Assembly (NCBI GenBank): GCA_043816605.1
Contig: JBDRHR010000173.1
Span: forward strand, 1 to 48,895
Source of the DNA: Nitrospirota bacterium
Lineage (GTDB): Bacteria > UBA9089 > CG2-30-40-21 > SBAY01
Direction of reading: 5' to 3'
Length of the DNA stretch: 48,895 bases
This document shows, one piece after another, positions 1 through 13,200 of the stretch. Both the position numbers and the translations under genes were made by a program. Under the pieces are notes generated by a model. It was not told the DNA's origin. It ran no database searches and worked only from the letters and a program-made list of their open reading frames with translations. Within the stretch, counting starts at the first letter, position 1; every line of letters starts with the position of its first letter.

Positions 1-84
1 CACCTTATAAATTTGATAATACTATGACAATTTTAAGTTTCTTTTTATGCATAAAAAGACCTCGGAATTTGGGGCAGATCCCCA

Positions 85-537
85 TCAAAAAATTCGCATT
101 TTTTTGAATGAAAAAGTCCGATTCCCGGTGAACCAGCACAACCAGAATACATCCTCCCAATCTATTGGATATCTTTTTGTTATCTTTCCAAACTTGTCCA
201 AAAATAATAATTCGCATTCTGGAACTTTTCCTATCCCTTCTTCGCCTTTTTTTAATAAGACCACCTTTGGGTAACAGATTGACACAGACTGTTTTTTGCT
301 TTTTGTCATGAATTTACTCAAAGCAGGCATCTCCTTTGCCGTAAATTCTGCCTCTTCAAGGAAAAGAGGACTATATTCTACTTCCTCCTTCAACGCTTTA
401 GTTTTTTCCATTTCAGGATAAGGTCTTTGGTAGACAAGACTGAGTATCTCCTCCTTATCTTGAGCAAAACTAACTAAACTATAATAACCTACACAAACTA
501 AAACAACTACCAACCCTAAAAAAATCCTTTTTCTCAT
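85..537 (-). CDS. hypothetical exported small protein
   Basis: 150-aa ORF with a signal-like N-terminus (MRKRIFLGLVVVLVCVGYYSLVSFA). GGAGG sits about 10 nt upstream of the ATG. No family motif recognised. Confidence 0.5.
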   Translation of the reverse strand: MRKRIFLGLVVVLVCVGYYSLVSFAQDKEEILSLVYQRPYPEMEKTKALKEEVEYSPLFLEEAEFTAKEMPALSKFMTKSKKQSVSICYPKVVLLKKGEEGIGKVPECELLFLDKFGKITKRYPIDWEDVFWLCWFTGNRTFSFKKMRIF

Positions 538-652
538 TTTACATCAACCTCCAAAAGAATAAGGCAATCCTACAGATTTTACCTTAGATTGTCTATGGTT
601 TTTTAATTATAATACACATTTGGCATCCTCTTTTTATATATACCATTTTTTA

Positions 653-681
653 TACATACCATAAAAATGTTAATTTGTCAA
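653..681 (-). promoter_or_regulatory. candidate sigma70 promoter for 85..537
   Basis: Minus strand reads TTGACA, a 17-nt spacer, then TATGTA preceded by TGG (extended -10). Confidence 0.4.
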
Positions 682-775
682 GAGAAATTTTTAAAATTTT
701 ACAAATAGTTAATAATAAAATTAATCATATAGTTACTTCAATTTTAGAGTAAAATCGAGTATAATAAAAGGTGTT

Positions 776-1174
776 ATGGATATTAAAGAACAAATTGGAA
801 CAAAAATTAGGGAATTAAGGAAAAATATAGGACTGACTCAAGAGGAATTAGCAGAAAGGGTAGATTTAGAATCTGGATATATCAGTCAAATTGAACGAGG
901 GTGGAAATATCCTTCTTTAAGAACATTAGTTAAAATTGCTCAGGTATTAGAAGTAAATGTTGATTATTTTGTCAAAACTGATACAGATATTAACCTACAC
1001 CAGGAGATGAAAGCCTTTAGCAAATCAGATTTATTAATTAAAAAATTAGTTTTGCTCCTTAAAGATAAAGACCCGGAGGATATAAAATTTATCATTACTT
1101 TAACTAAGAGATTTTTAGCTCGGGTCTATAAATATTCTGGGGGAAGAAAAGAGGAAAAGAGGGACACTCTTTGA
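776..1174 (+). CDS. XRE-family helix-turn-helix transcriptional regulator
   Basis: N-terminal HTH_3 signature IGTKIRELRKNIGLTQEELAERVDLESGYISQIERG..SLRTLVKIAQVLEV. 132 aa. Confidence 0.85.
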   Translation: MDIKEQIGTKIRELRKNIGLTQEELAERVDLESGYISQIERGWKYPSLRTLVKIAQVLEVNVDYFVKTDTDINLHQEMKAFSKSDLLIKKLVLLLKDKDPEDIKFIITLTKRFLARVYKYSGGRKEEKRDTL

Positions 1175-1221
1175 AAGCATTTATGAAAGGCTAAAGATTG
1201 GATTCCGTCTATGAGTTAGGT

Positions 1222-4200
1222 TTATCTCGTAATAGCCATCTTACTTATCTTTTGCATTGTCTTACCGTTATAACTAACCGTTACCCGATAGAGGTAGATG
1301 CCACTGGCGATATTTTTATCTTCCCACACTACATCGGCTATTCCGGACACAGGATCTACCTCTTCCATTCCCCACTTTTCCCAGATTAATTCACCCACAA
1401 TATTATATACCGTTACCTGCATATCTACGCTAACCCCGTTAAGGAGGTTGGTTTTAGCACAGATAGTCGTTTTCCCGGAATGTGGATTAGGGTAGTTGAA
1501 TATCTCCAGAGACTCTAATGTTTGGGTAATCTCCGGGGAGGCGGGAGGTTTTGGTTTTACTATTGGACCCGACTTCTTTAATGTTGGAGTCCCTATGGCT
1601 AAAACTCCCATTGTATCTTTAGCCTCAAAGTAATATTTGTAATTATCACTTATAACTCCTAATTTTAAAATATAGTAATAAATCTTACCGGTTTTATAAT
1701 CAGTTCCAGATTCAACTACCATTTTGACATTTCCTACCGGGGTTTCATTATCAAGAATATAGATTTTAGGATAATTCGTTCCCGGTGCATCACCATCCTC
1801 ATCTTTATATCGGACTTTGAATGTAAAATATGTTTCATTAACAATCCCTTCCTCAGGGTCTAATCCATCCGTTTGAAAATTAGGACTACCTGCCCACTCC
1901 AATTTTGGGGCATGACTAACCTTTGGACCGGTTTTAAGTACGGTAAAAGGTCCCACTGCCACTGCCCCTTTAATATCTTTAGCATAGAATTTATACTTAT
2001 AAGTACCCGTAGCATTAAGGGTTATGGTTGTGGAGTAGGTAGCTCCTTTATAATGGCTTCCATTGAGATAAGTCATACTATAAGTTCCCAGTCCATAAGG
2101 TTTATTACCCTTAGAAATAACAACGGCTGGATACCCGGACGCCGGTAGATTAACATTCATATCCAAATAGGCTACATGGAAGGTAAAAATTCCAGGGGAT
2201 GCGGCATCAGGATTTACTCCATCGCTATAATATTCCTTCTCTCTAGTGGAAAATAAAAGAGGTGGATAATTTTGTCCCTCTACCTTTGGTCCAAAATGAA
2301 GTGTAGTCGGTTCACCTATTGCCAGCACATTATTACTATTTTTAGCCTCAAAATAATAACTATACGCCTCACTGGCATAAGGAAGGGAAATCTCATGAAA
2401 AGAATAGACCACCCCGGCAGAATAATTGCCTTCAGTTTCCTTTGTGAGGATATATCCAGGATAGATGAGCACACCTCCTATATAGATATAAATTTTTGGA
2501 TACCCGCCTGCCGGTGGAAGATTATTTACATCCGTATAGAGTATTTTATAAGTAAATTTATTCGTTGTTTGACCCGGGTCAGGATTAACCCCATCTGTCC
2601 CAAACCCCTCTTGATTTACCCAGTTTAAGGAAGGGGCATCATTTACCGATGGACCAGGTTTAACTGAGGTAATAACCGCAGACTGATACATATCCTTTGC
2701 CTCAAATTTATAGCTATATGTCCCTTCCGGAAAATTAGTTGAAAAGGTATATAACTTCCCATCGGTATAGGTTCCATCATTTAGGACAACTGGATTCATA
2801 AGAATAGGACTACCATTTGTCAGGGTTCCTCGAGAATAGATATATAATTTAGGGTAGCCTGTATGAGGTGGATGGTTATCTTTATCCACATATTTAATTC
2901 GGTAGGTATAGGTAATCTTTGTTGTCCCGTAATCAGGCTCAATACCATCATTGGTATATCCCAACTCACCTGTCCAGTTCAGGGTAGGTGGATTATTTAC
3001 AGGAGGTCCATCCATAAGTTGAATTTTACCAACCGCATCCATACCAGGCAAATCTTTCGCTATAAATTTATATTTGTAATCAAACCTGCTCTCCGCAAAT
3101 TGGAGCGGGTAATAATATAATTTACCATCTGTGTAAGTAATATCTTCTTCAGATACCTCACCCATGGCATAAGTACCTAAGACGGTCGTCCCTTTATAAA
3201 TAATTACCTTTGGATACCCATTTGCGGGAGAATTGTTATTATTATCAATATAATTTATTTTGTAAGTAAATATGGTTGCTGAATCACCTGAATCAGGATT
3301 GATACCATCGGTCCCAAACCCCGGCTCATTTACCCAGTCCAAAATAGGTGCATCGGTTACTACCGGCTTATTTTTAATGATGGTTGGTGTTCCCATAGCC
3401 TGAAGTTGGTAGCTATCCTTTGCCTCAAAGAAATACGAATAATTCCCAACCGGTAAATTAATTTCATATTTGTATATGCCGGCATTAATCGGGGTCATAC
3501 TAAACGAGCCGACAGGTGTCTGCCCCAGGTAAATATATAGTTTTGGAAAATTTTGAGCCGGCGGGTCATTATCCGCATCCTCGTATTTGACTTGATAGGT
3601 GAATTTAGTCCCTTGAGTCCCAAGTTCAGGGTCTATGCCGTCTTCAATAAATCCGGGGTTGCCACTCCAGGATAATACCGGTGTTCTACTTACATCAGGG
3701 GCATCCTTCTGCAAGGTAGGTGTTCCAGATGCCTTGATGCCATAAACATCCTCTGCCTCAAAGAAATAGGTGTAGTCCTTACCTGTGGCTTGAAATGTTT
3801 GCACAAAATAATAATCCTTACCATCCATACAGTTCTGGTCTGCTTGAGTTACCTCAAACATAGCAAAAGGACTTCCTGAAATTTCGGCACCTGCTTTGAG
3901 AATATGTAACTTTGGGAAACCTTGATATGGCAGGTCATTATTTGCATCAGAGTAGGTAACTTTATAGGTAAATTTAGTCCCCCAGGTGCCAAGTTCCGGG
4001 TGAAGACCATCGGTGCCATAATTTCCCTCCTGCACCCAATTTAATATCGGGGCATCTGTAACCACTGGTGCATTTGGTCTTAAGGTTATCGGTTCTTCCC
4101 CCACGGCAAAAACGCCAATAAAATCCTTTGCCTCAAAGAAATACTCATAATCCTTTCCTGTGGCAATTAGAACACGGGGATATTCATACTCCTTACCATC

Positions 4201-7200
4201 GGCATAGTTTGTATCCGCAGGAAGGGTTTCCAGCATCGGGAAAGGACTACCGTCGAGCTCTTTATTCGCCTTCAAGATATGTACCATAGGATACCCTGCT
4301 GCAGGTGGCTCGGTGTCGGTATAAAGGACTCGATAGACAAAAGAAGTCGTGGCAGACCCTGCCTCGGGGTTAAGTCCATCGGTGATATAACCGGGTTTAT
4401 TTACCCAACTTAACACCGGGGCTAAGGTTACCTTAGGTCCCTCTTTAATAAATGTTGGTGTCCCTGTAGCAGGCATCCCACGATTACTTTCTGCCGCAAA
4501 CCTATAAGTGTAAGTGCCAACTCCGAGGGATATAGAGCAGGAATATAATTTACCGTCCTCATAATTTGTATCCTGTGGATTCTCTTGAGCCATAGTCCAT
4601 GGGCTACCCTGTATTTCAGCCCCAACTTTAAAGATGTGTAGTCGTGGTGAATTTGTGCCCGGCGGGTCATTAGTAGAATTTATATACGAGATGCGATAGA
4701 CAAAACTCGTTCCCTGTGTCCCAAATTCAGGTTCTAACCCATCGCTCATATAACCAGGAGAGTCCTTTGCCCAGCTAAGTATTGGCTCACCGGTTACATT
4801 TGGTCCTGTAATAGCTGTTGTAGGCGTGCCTGCGGCATAAATTCCATAAGCATCCTTTGCCTCGAAATAATAGGAATACTCATTACTTGCGGCTATTAAC
4901 TTCCTGAAGAGTTGATATTCTTTGCCATCCTGATAATTTTTATCGTTCACATTCACCGGTTCAAGCGGGATTGGGCTGTCTTCTGTCTCAACCCCTTTTT
5001 TGAGGATATGTACCCTCGGATACCCTGCTGTAGGTGGGTCATTTTCATCATCCTGATATTTAACCTTATAAGTAAAGATTGTTTCAGCAGCTATACCGGT
5101 TTCCGGGTCTAACCCATCTGATTGAAAACTACCTGTCCCAATCCATTGTAATTGAGGTGGACTCCCAATCCTTGGACCTTGTTTAAAGGAAGTTGGTGCA
5201 GAGGGGAGACAATCCTCCTTTTTTATATCCTTTGCCTCAAACTTATACTTATAAATCCCATACTCTATTAGAGTAATCTTGTAACGATACAATGCCCCAG
5301 TAGAAAAACTACCATATTGCTTTTCCATCGTATAGGTGCCTATAAAACTTGTATCTTTATAAATATGAAGAAGTGGATAACCGAAATAAGGCTCATCACC
5401 ATTCAAATCTTTATAGACGATTAAATAAGTAAATTCTGTTCCTGATGTGCCAGCCTCAGGTTCTAATCCATCAGATATATATCCCGGCTGATTAGCCCAC
5501 ATCAGCATAGGTCTTGAGTTCTGGCCTGTAACCTCAGGTCCTGATTGAATAGCGGTCGGTGTCCCTTTTGCTACTTTACCTTGTCCATTTTTGGCTATAA
5601 AATAATAAGTGTATTTTGTGCTTGCTACAGGTAATCTTGTCGGATTTGTGTAATAGATTACCCCTTTCTGATAATCAGAGCCTGCTACTGGACGCATCAG
5701 AACACCATTTGGGTAGAAAGGAGATATTGCCCCCTCGATTAATATATATAGTTTGGGATAACCGGATGCCGGTGGAGAATTATTAACATCACTATATTTA
5801 ACTTTATAAGTAAAAAAGCCGGAAGTGATACCGATGTCCGGGTCAACCCCATCGTTTAAGTAAGGTTCCTGTCCAATCCATTCTAAAACAGGCTCACCAA
5901 TAAATAATGGTCCTATCTTTTTGGTTATTGGCTCCCCGGTAGCAAAAAAACCGGTTGTGTCCTGAGCGATGAATTGATATGAATAAGTGCCTGGCGAAGG
6001 TAGATATTTAGCCAGTTTATATTGTTTTCCATCGGTATAAGTAATATCCTGTGGATTTACCTCATCCATCTTAAATGGACTACCGGTAATTTTCACATTA
6101 TTAAGAAAAATATCCACCTTAGGAAAACCCTCTAAAGGCGGGTCGTTATCAAAGTCTGTATAATTAATTTTGTAAATAAATTCAGTGCCGATTGTACCCA
6201 GTGAAGGACTCACACCACTATTTGCATAATCTCCTTCCCCTACCCAACTCAAAGTAGGCACACTATTTACCTTGGGACCATCTAATACATTTACATGCTC
6301 TTCTATAGCCTGACTACCCTCGATATCCTCTGCCTCAAATCTATAACTATAACTGCCGGTTTCAACAAACACAATGGATGATTTATATAATTTACCGGTA
6401 ATAAAAGAACCTCCAGGATTAACGAGCGTCATAGCAAAAGGACTACCATTAATGCTACTGCCTGCCTTGAAAATATGTACCTTTGGCGAGCTGGTGCCGG
6501 GTGGGTCGTCATCTATATCCTTATACTTAATTAGAAAGGTAAATTCAGTTCCCGTAGTGCCTACATTTGGTTCAACTCCATCTTCAGTATAACCTGCCGA
6601 ACCTGCCCAGATTAAAACAGGGAAATTATTCACGATAGGTCCTGTCTGCCACTGCGTAGGGGTTCCAATAGCCTGAACACCATAAGTATCCTTTGCCTCA
6701 AATTTATAGGTATAGTTTATACTGTGGGACAGACAGGTAGAAAACTTATATTCTTTACCATCAATATAATTATTATCTTCAGGGGAAGCCTCATCCATCT
6801 TAAACGGGCTTCCTGAAATATTGATGCTATTCCACAGGATATAAACCCTTGGATATAAAGGTCCAGGTGGGTTATTATCCATATCCTTATATTCCACCTT
6901 GTAGGTGAATAGTGTATCCTTGGTGCCTGTGTCTGGTTTAACCCCGCAGGTTTGATATTCCAGTGTCCAGTTTAATATTGGGGCATTACTTACCCTTGGA
7001 CCAGATTGTTCCCACTGAGTAGGTTGACCTGTTGCCTTTGCCGCATAAATATTTTCAGCCTCAAATTTATAGGTATAACTTCCAGAGGGAAGTGAAAAGG
7101 CTATCCGATATATTTTACCATCCGTATAATAATCATCATAAATATCCTCTTCCTGCATCCCAAAGGAAATATAAGGTTGCTGATTTAAAAAGATATTGAC

Positions 7201-10200
7201 CTTTGGTGACCCTGTCCCTGGTGGGAAGTTACCTCGGTCAGTATAGATTATTCTGAATGTGAATTTAGTTCCTGGCGTGCCGACCTCAGGATTTAATCCA
7301 TCCATGATAAATTCATCCACACCTACCCAATATAAAGATGGGATAGAAACAACAGTCGGTCCTGAATGAAAAATAGTCGGACTACCGAAGGCATAAAGAC
7401 CACTTGTATTCTTAGCCTCAAATCGATAGGTGTATGTTCCCGGGAGGTTAAGTGGGTAAAAATACTCATAAACTTTACCATCAACATATTCTTTATCTTG
7501 AGGGTTTGCCTCAATCATCTGGGTATATAATACATCCTGACTGCCTTTCTGGATTTGTAATTTAGGAAATCCTGCAAGGGGGGGGTCGTTATCCTCATCA
7601 AAATAAATTATTCGATAAGTAAAGGTAGTGCCAACAATCCCAATCTCCGGCTCCAACCCATCATCAATAAATCCTTGTTGCCCAAACCACTCTAATTTTG
7701 GACTACCGCTAACCTTTGGTCCTGGCATAAAAGAAGAAGGAGGAAATAACACCTCTTCTCCTTCTTCGTCTTTGACTTTGAATTGGTATTGATACTGGTT
7801 TTTTTCCGGGAGGGAGGTAGAATAGGAATAAAGTGCCCCTTGAAGAAAATTCCCGGAAACAAAATTCATGGTTACGGTAGCCATCAAAACCATATTCTTG
7901 TAAATGTAAACTAATGGATAGTTATTGTCAGGATGGTCACCATTTATATCCTGATAGCGTATTTGATAAATAAATTTAGTTCCTAATGTGCCAACATCAG
8001 GGTCTATACCGTCTGAGATAAAACCTGAATTAGCCGACCAGAATAGTGTTGGTTTAAAATTAGGTCCATCAATTAGAGGTCCATCGTGTTCTAAAGTAGG
8101 TTCACCTATGGCGGTTATTTCTTTGATATTTTTTGCCTCAAAATAATAGGCATAGTGTTTAGAACCTATTGGAAATGTAGTTGGGAAGCTATAAGTAACC
8201 CCTGTCTTATAATCATTACCCTCTTTAATATACATCCATTGACCACCCGGAGATTGAGGTGCACCACCGCGTAGGATATACACCTTTGGATATTGATTTG
8301 CCGGGGGATTACCATCAGGGTCTATATAGAGCACCTTATAGGTAAAAGTAGTGTTCTGGATTGTGCCTGTGCCTGGATTAATCCCGTCATTTGTGTATTC
8401 TTGTGTGCCTGCCCATTTTAATATTGGTGAGCCAATTATTGAAGGTCCATTTTTAAGGAAAGTAGGTGCACCGGTTGCTTTATTATTAGAGGCGTCGTAA
8501 CCCTCGAAAAAGTATGAGTATGTGCCTATCTCTTGAAATGATATTGAATAGGTGAATAATTTCCCATCTTTATAATCGGTATCTTGCGGGTTAACCTCTT
8601 CTAATACAAATGCGCCAATTTCGTTGCCTCCCTTTAAGATATGAACTACGGGATAGTTTGGTAGTGGCGGCTCTCCATCCACATCCGTATAATTAACTCG
8701 ATAGGTAAAGGTTGTTTGAATATCACCTTGTTCAGGTTCAAGCCCGTCATTGACATAACCTTGCTCATAAGTCCAGGTCAGGGTAGGGATACTTCTAACT
8801 ACAGGAGATGAAGATATATTCGTTGGACTACCCATAGCCTTAATCATGAGATAATCATACGCCTCAAATTGATAGGTAAATGAACCTGCCTGGTCGAAAA
8901 TCTTAGTTAGTGTATATCCTTTACCATCATTATAGAGGACATCACCTGGATTTATTGGCTGCATCGGACAAGGGCTACCGGAGATTTCTTTGCCCTCTTT
9001 AAATATATGCACCACAGGATAGTAACTATGAGGAGGGTCGTTGTCAACATCTTTATAGATTATTTTATAAGTAAATGCTGTTAGATTCACGGTTCCTACC
9101 TCTGGCTCTAATCCATCAGATATATACCCCGGCTCATTGAGCCATTCCAGAATAGGGGCATTACTGACTATGGGTCCGGATTTCAAAGAGGTAAAGCACT
9201 GCAAATCTTTTTTATCCCTTGCCTCAAATTTATACTGATAAATACCGGTTGTTTTAACGGTATAAGTTGTACCATAAATAGCCCCTGAGGTAACTGACCC
9301 ATAAAAATAACTCATCGTCTTTGTTCCAATAAACACACCACTTTTATAGACATAGAGTATGGGGTATCCTTCCTTAGGTAGGTCCGCATTCAAATCGGAA
9401 TATTTAATCCGATAATTAAATGCTGTGTCAAAATTACCCGTCTCAGGTTCAAGACCATCTGAGACATACCCTTGATTACCAACCCAGAGGAGTCTTGGCG
9501 GATAGTTTAGACCAGTAACTAAGGGACCTGGTTGACTAATCGTAGGCGTGCCTATGGCAAAAACACTGAGTGTATTTTTAGCCTCAAAATAATAGGAATA
9601 ATAGTCGCTGGCAAAGATAAGGGGTAATTTAGCGACATAAATCATTCCAGTCACATAATCATTTCCACTTTCTTTAGACATTTTTGTCTGACTTACTACC
9701 TCTCCACCTCTGAGCACATACAATTTTGGATAATTTGAATCAGGTGGGATATTATCCTCATCGCTATATCGGACTTTATAAGTAAATATCGTCGTATTAA
9801 TGCCTGTGTTTGGCTCAATTCCCTCAGTTTTATATCCCTCTGCATCTACCCACTTTAACACAGGCGCCTTTGCCACGATAGGTCCTGTTTTAAGTTGAGT
9901 TGGCTCACCGGTTGCTATAAAATCATCTCTATCTTTAGCCTCAAATTGGTAATAGTATTTCCCCGCCATATTTAATGGAATTGAGAAGGTATAAATCTTC
10001 CCATCTATCCAATCAGTATCTTGAAGATTTCCCTCTTCCATAGAAAATGGGCTATTTTGTATCTGGTTAGTGCCTAAGTAAATATATACCCTCGGATACC
10101 CTTGTGCCGGTGGGATATTTTGAGGATGGGTAAAAGTTATTCGATAGGTAAATGTAGCTCCGAGATTACCTGCTTCCAGTTCAAGTCCATCTATTTTATA

Positions 10201-13200
10201 ACCTTGCTCATTAGTCCAGGTTAAAACAGGTATTTTCCCAACCCAGGGTCCAGAAGATGGTGTTGTCGGTGTTCCTTTAGCTTTAACCCCAAGGGTATCT
10301 TCTGCTTCAAAACAGTAGGTGTATGTTCCCGGCAAAGAAAAGGTTTTAAGATATTTGTAGAGTTTACCATCTGTATATTCCGTATCATTAGGGACAACCG
10401 CTTGCATTGGATAGGGACTACCACTTATCTCATTACCTGATTTAAGGATATGCAGTTTGGGGAAACCATTAGCCGGTGGAAAATTAGTCTCATGAAAATA
10501 TGCCACTTTGTAGGTAAATATCGTTTCATCCGAACCACGCTCCGGCTCTAAACCATCCTCAATACATCCTTCTTCGCCTGCCCACTTGAGTATTGGAGGT
10601 GGATGTGGCGTGGTAGTTATGGTAGCAATGGCAAGTACTGACTCATTACCCGCATCATCTATGGTTTTTAAGCCAAGGTAATAAAGGGTGGTTGGTTCTA
10701 ATCCGGTAATGGTAACCTGTCGAAAACTGCCTGCGACCGCAGATATGGGTTCATTATTTATTTGTTTGGCAGTAACCCAGGTATCCTCATTTATTACCCC
10801 CGTAGAATAGCGAATATCATACATCGTTGGCGTGCCTAATCGGTTATCATCACCTGCAGATAGCCAGAATAAAGTAGTTGAAATTGCGGTAGTGTTGGTC
10901 GCGGTCAGGGTCGTCGTTCCAGGTGGGATAATATCACGCGATAACTCCATGTATGGTGCCGGATTCCCATTGCTCGGGTGTATGGTTTGTGTATCTGTGC
11001 CTTCAAGTGCACCCTCGGCAAATAAATAAAGATTATCCTGAGCCGCAGTATAATCATCAAAAAATGATTGCAAATCAGCAGTTCTAAAATTAACCAGATT
11101 ATAAAGCCACTGTCCTTCTGTAACCAGAACTGATGCCCATGAAGAGGTGCCCAAATCACCTTGTTTATCCACATCTTGTAATTGAATATAGACAATTGCC
11201 CCGTCTGCATATTCTAATTTACCTTGTTTATATACCTCTCCCTGAACTAAACGGTTTTCAGGTTTTGGAATAATAGATGCCCCTGTTCTAACCGTATAAT
11301 GAAAGCCAGTATTGGTATCAAGAACACCACCACGGAGAACATCATAGTAATATAAGGTATTTACATTTAATCCGACAATGGTTACATGATGGGTATCGTC
11401 TATATAACCTATTCCCCTGTCGTCAAAGTTAGACTGATTTAAGGAATTAGGATTAGTGCCGTAATTGACCGTGCCTGACTCTTGTTTAGTTGATGTCCAG
11501 GAGATAGTGAACTGGGAGTCGGTGATATTCGTCTCACAATATGAGATACCGCTAACTATGGGTCCTTGTTGAATAACGGTAGCCGTGCCTGAGGCATCGG
11601 TAGCAAAAAATCGGTAAGAATATGTGCCTGGAGTAGAAAGAAATCGGGAAAATTTATATACTGCACCCGTAGCATAAGTCCCTTGGACATACGACATAGA
11701 ATGTGTTCCGACAGACTGCCCATCTTTATAAATAATTACTCCTGGCGAACTTGTCCCGGGTGCATCATTATCTAAATCAATATATTTCACCTTGAAGGTG
11801 AACGCCATATCAATATTACCGGAGTCAGGATAAACACCATCTTTGAGATACTCCCCTTCACCTACCCAGTCGAGGGTAGGGTTATGTTTCATTTCAGGTG
11901 TAGTTGAGCCTTCAACCACCCCGGACAACTCCGACATATTCCACACCTCGTCAATTGTCTTTAATCCAAAATAGTAAGTAGATGCCGGACTTAACCCTTC
12001 AACAGTAAGTTCCTGCCAATTGCCGGCAGATAATGGTACAGGTTCTAATTTAATTTCTTGCGTCATTCCCCAGAGCGTTTCTGTCCAAGAAAACTGGGCA
12101 TATCTAAAGTCATAAATTGAGGCTATGCCAAGATTTTTATCATCTCCAGTTGCTTGCCACTTTAATGTGATTGAACCAACCCCTGCCTTTATTACTTGTA
12201 AGGTAGTAATTGACGCAGGGGCAATTACATCCCGGCAAAGCTCTATGGGTAATGCGGGCGAGTCATTTGCTGTAAGAACTATTTCACTTCCAATTCCTTC
12301 CTCAACACCCTGAACAAATAAATAAAGTTCATCCGTCGTAGAGGAATAGTTAAATTGTGAGGCTAAATCTATGGTTCTAAAATTGACTAAATCCGCCATC
12401 CAGTAACCATTCTCCTGGACTAATGCCGAGGCTGGGGCTGAGGTAAGCAGACTACCCTGTCCATCATTATCCTTTAATTCAAGATAGACAAGGGCATCCT
12501 TCGCCACGGATTGTCCACCTTGTTTGAGTACCGCTCCATAAACTATGTCACTACCGGAGCTAATGAATGACTTGCCTGTCCGGAGGGTATAATGATTGCC
12601 GGAATTATCATCAGTAATCCCACCTGAGACGACATCAAAATAATAGACTGTTTCCGGGCTCAACCCCTTAACCGTTACATGGTGTGTTCTACCGCTAAAT
12701 CCTGCCCCACGGTCATCATCCCATTTCATATTTACTGCTTGTGCGTTTATCCCATATTTCACATAGCCTGTTACCGATGATGAAGTTATCCATGAAACCG
12801 TAAATTGGCTATCTGTTTGATTGGTTACACGCACACCGTTATCTATATCCGCAACTATTGGTCCTTTAGTTAAGGATGTAGGTTCACCTTCTGCCCCCTG
12901 AGTATAGAATTGATAACTATACTCCCCGTTTTCCTGAAAAACCTTTGAGTAGGTATAAATTGCCCCAGTAGTAAAAGAGCCTTTGACATAAGTCGTCGAG
13001 TAAGTTCCAAGAGATGTTGCCCCTTTATAAAGGATGATTTTCGGCTCTCCTTTTGGCGGCGGAAGATTCTGCGGGTGGGTGTACTTGACCATATAGACAA
13101 AGTTAGTGCCTGAGGTGCCCAAGTCTAATCTCAAACTATCTTTGACAAAATTATTCTCACCTGTCCAGGATAACATTGAATTAGGTGCCGGTGAGGTTTT

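Noticed and set aside
5-274. ORFs 5..217 (-) and 47..274 (+) at the window edge.
   Set aside because: They overlap each other and the better-supported 85..537 gene, and have no start context or motifs.
776-1174. The XRE regulator as a dedicated regulator of the giant gene.
   Set aside because: It is convergent with the 3' end of the giant gene and 13 kb from that gene's promoter. I found no sequence evidence linking it to the 14221..14255 palindrome.
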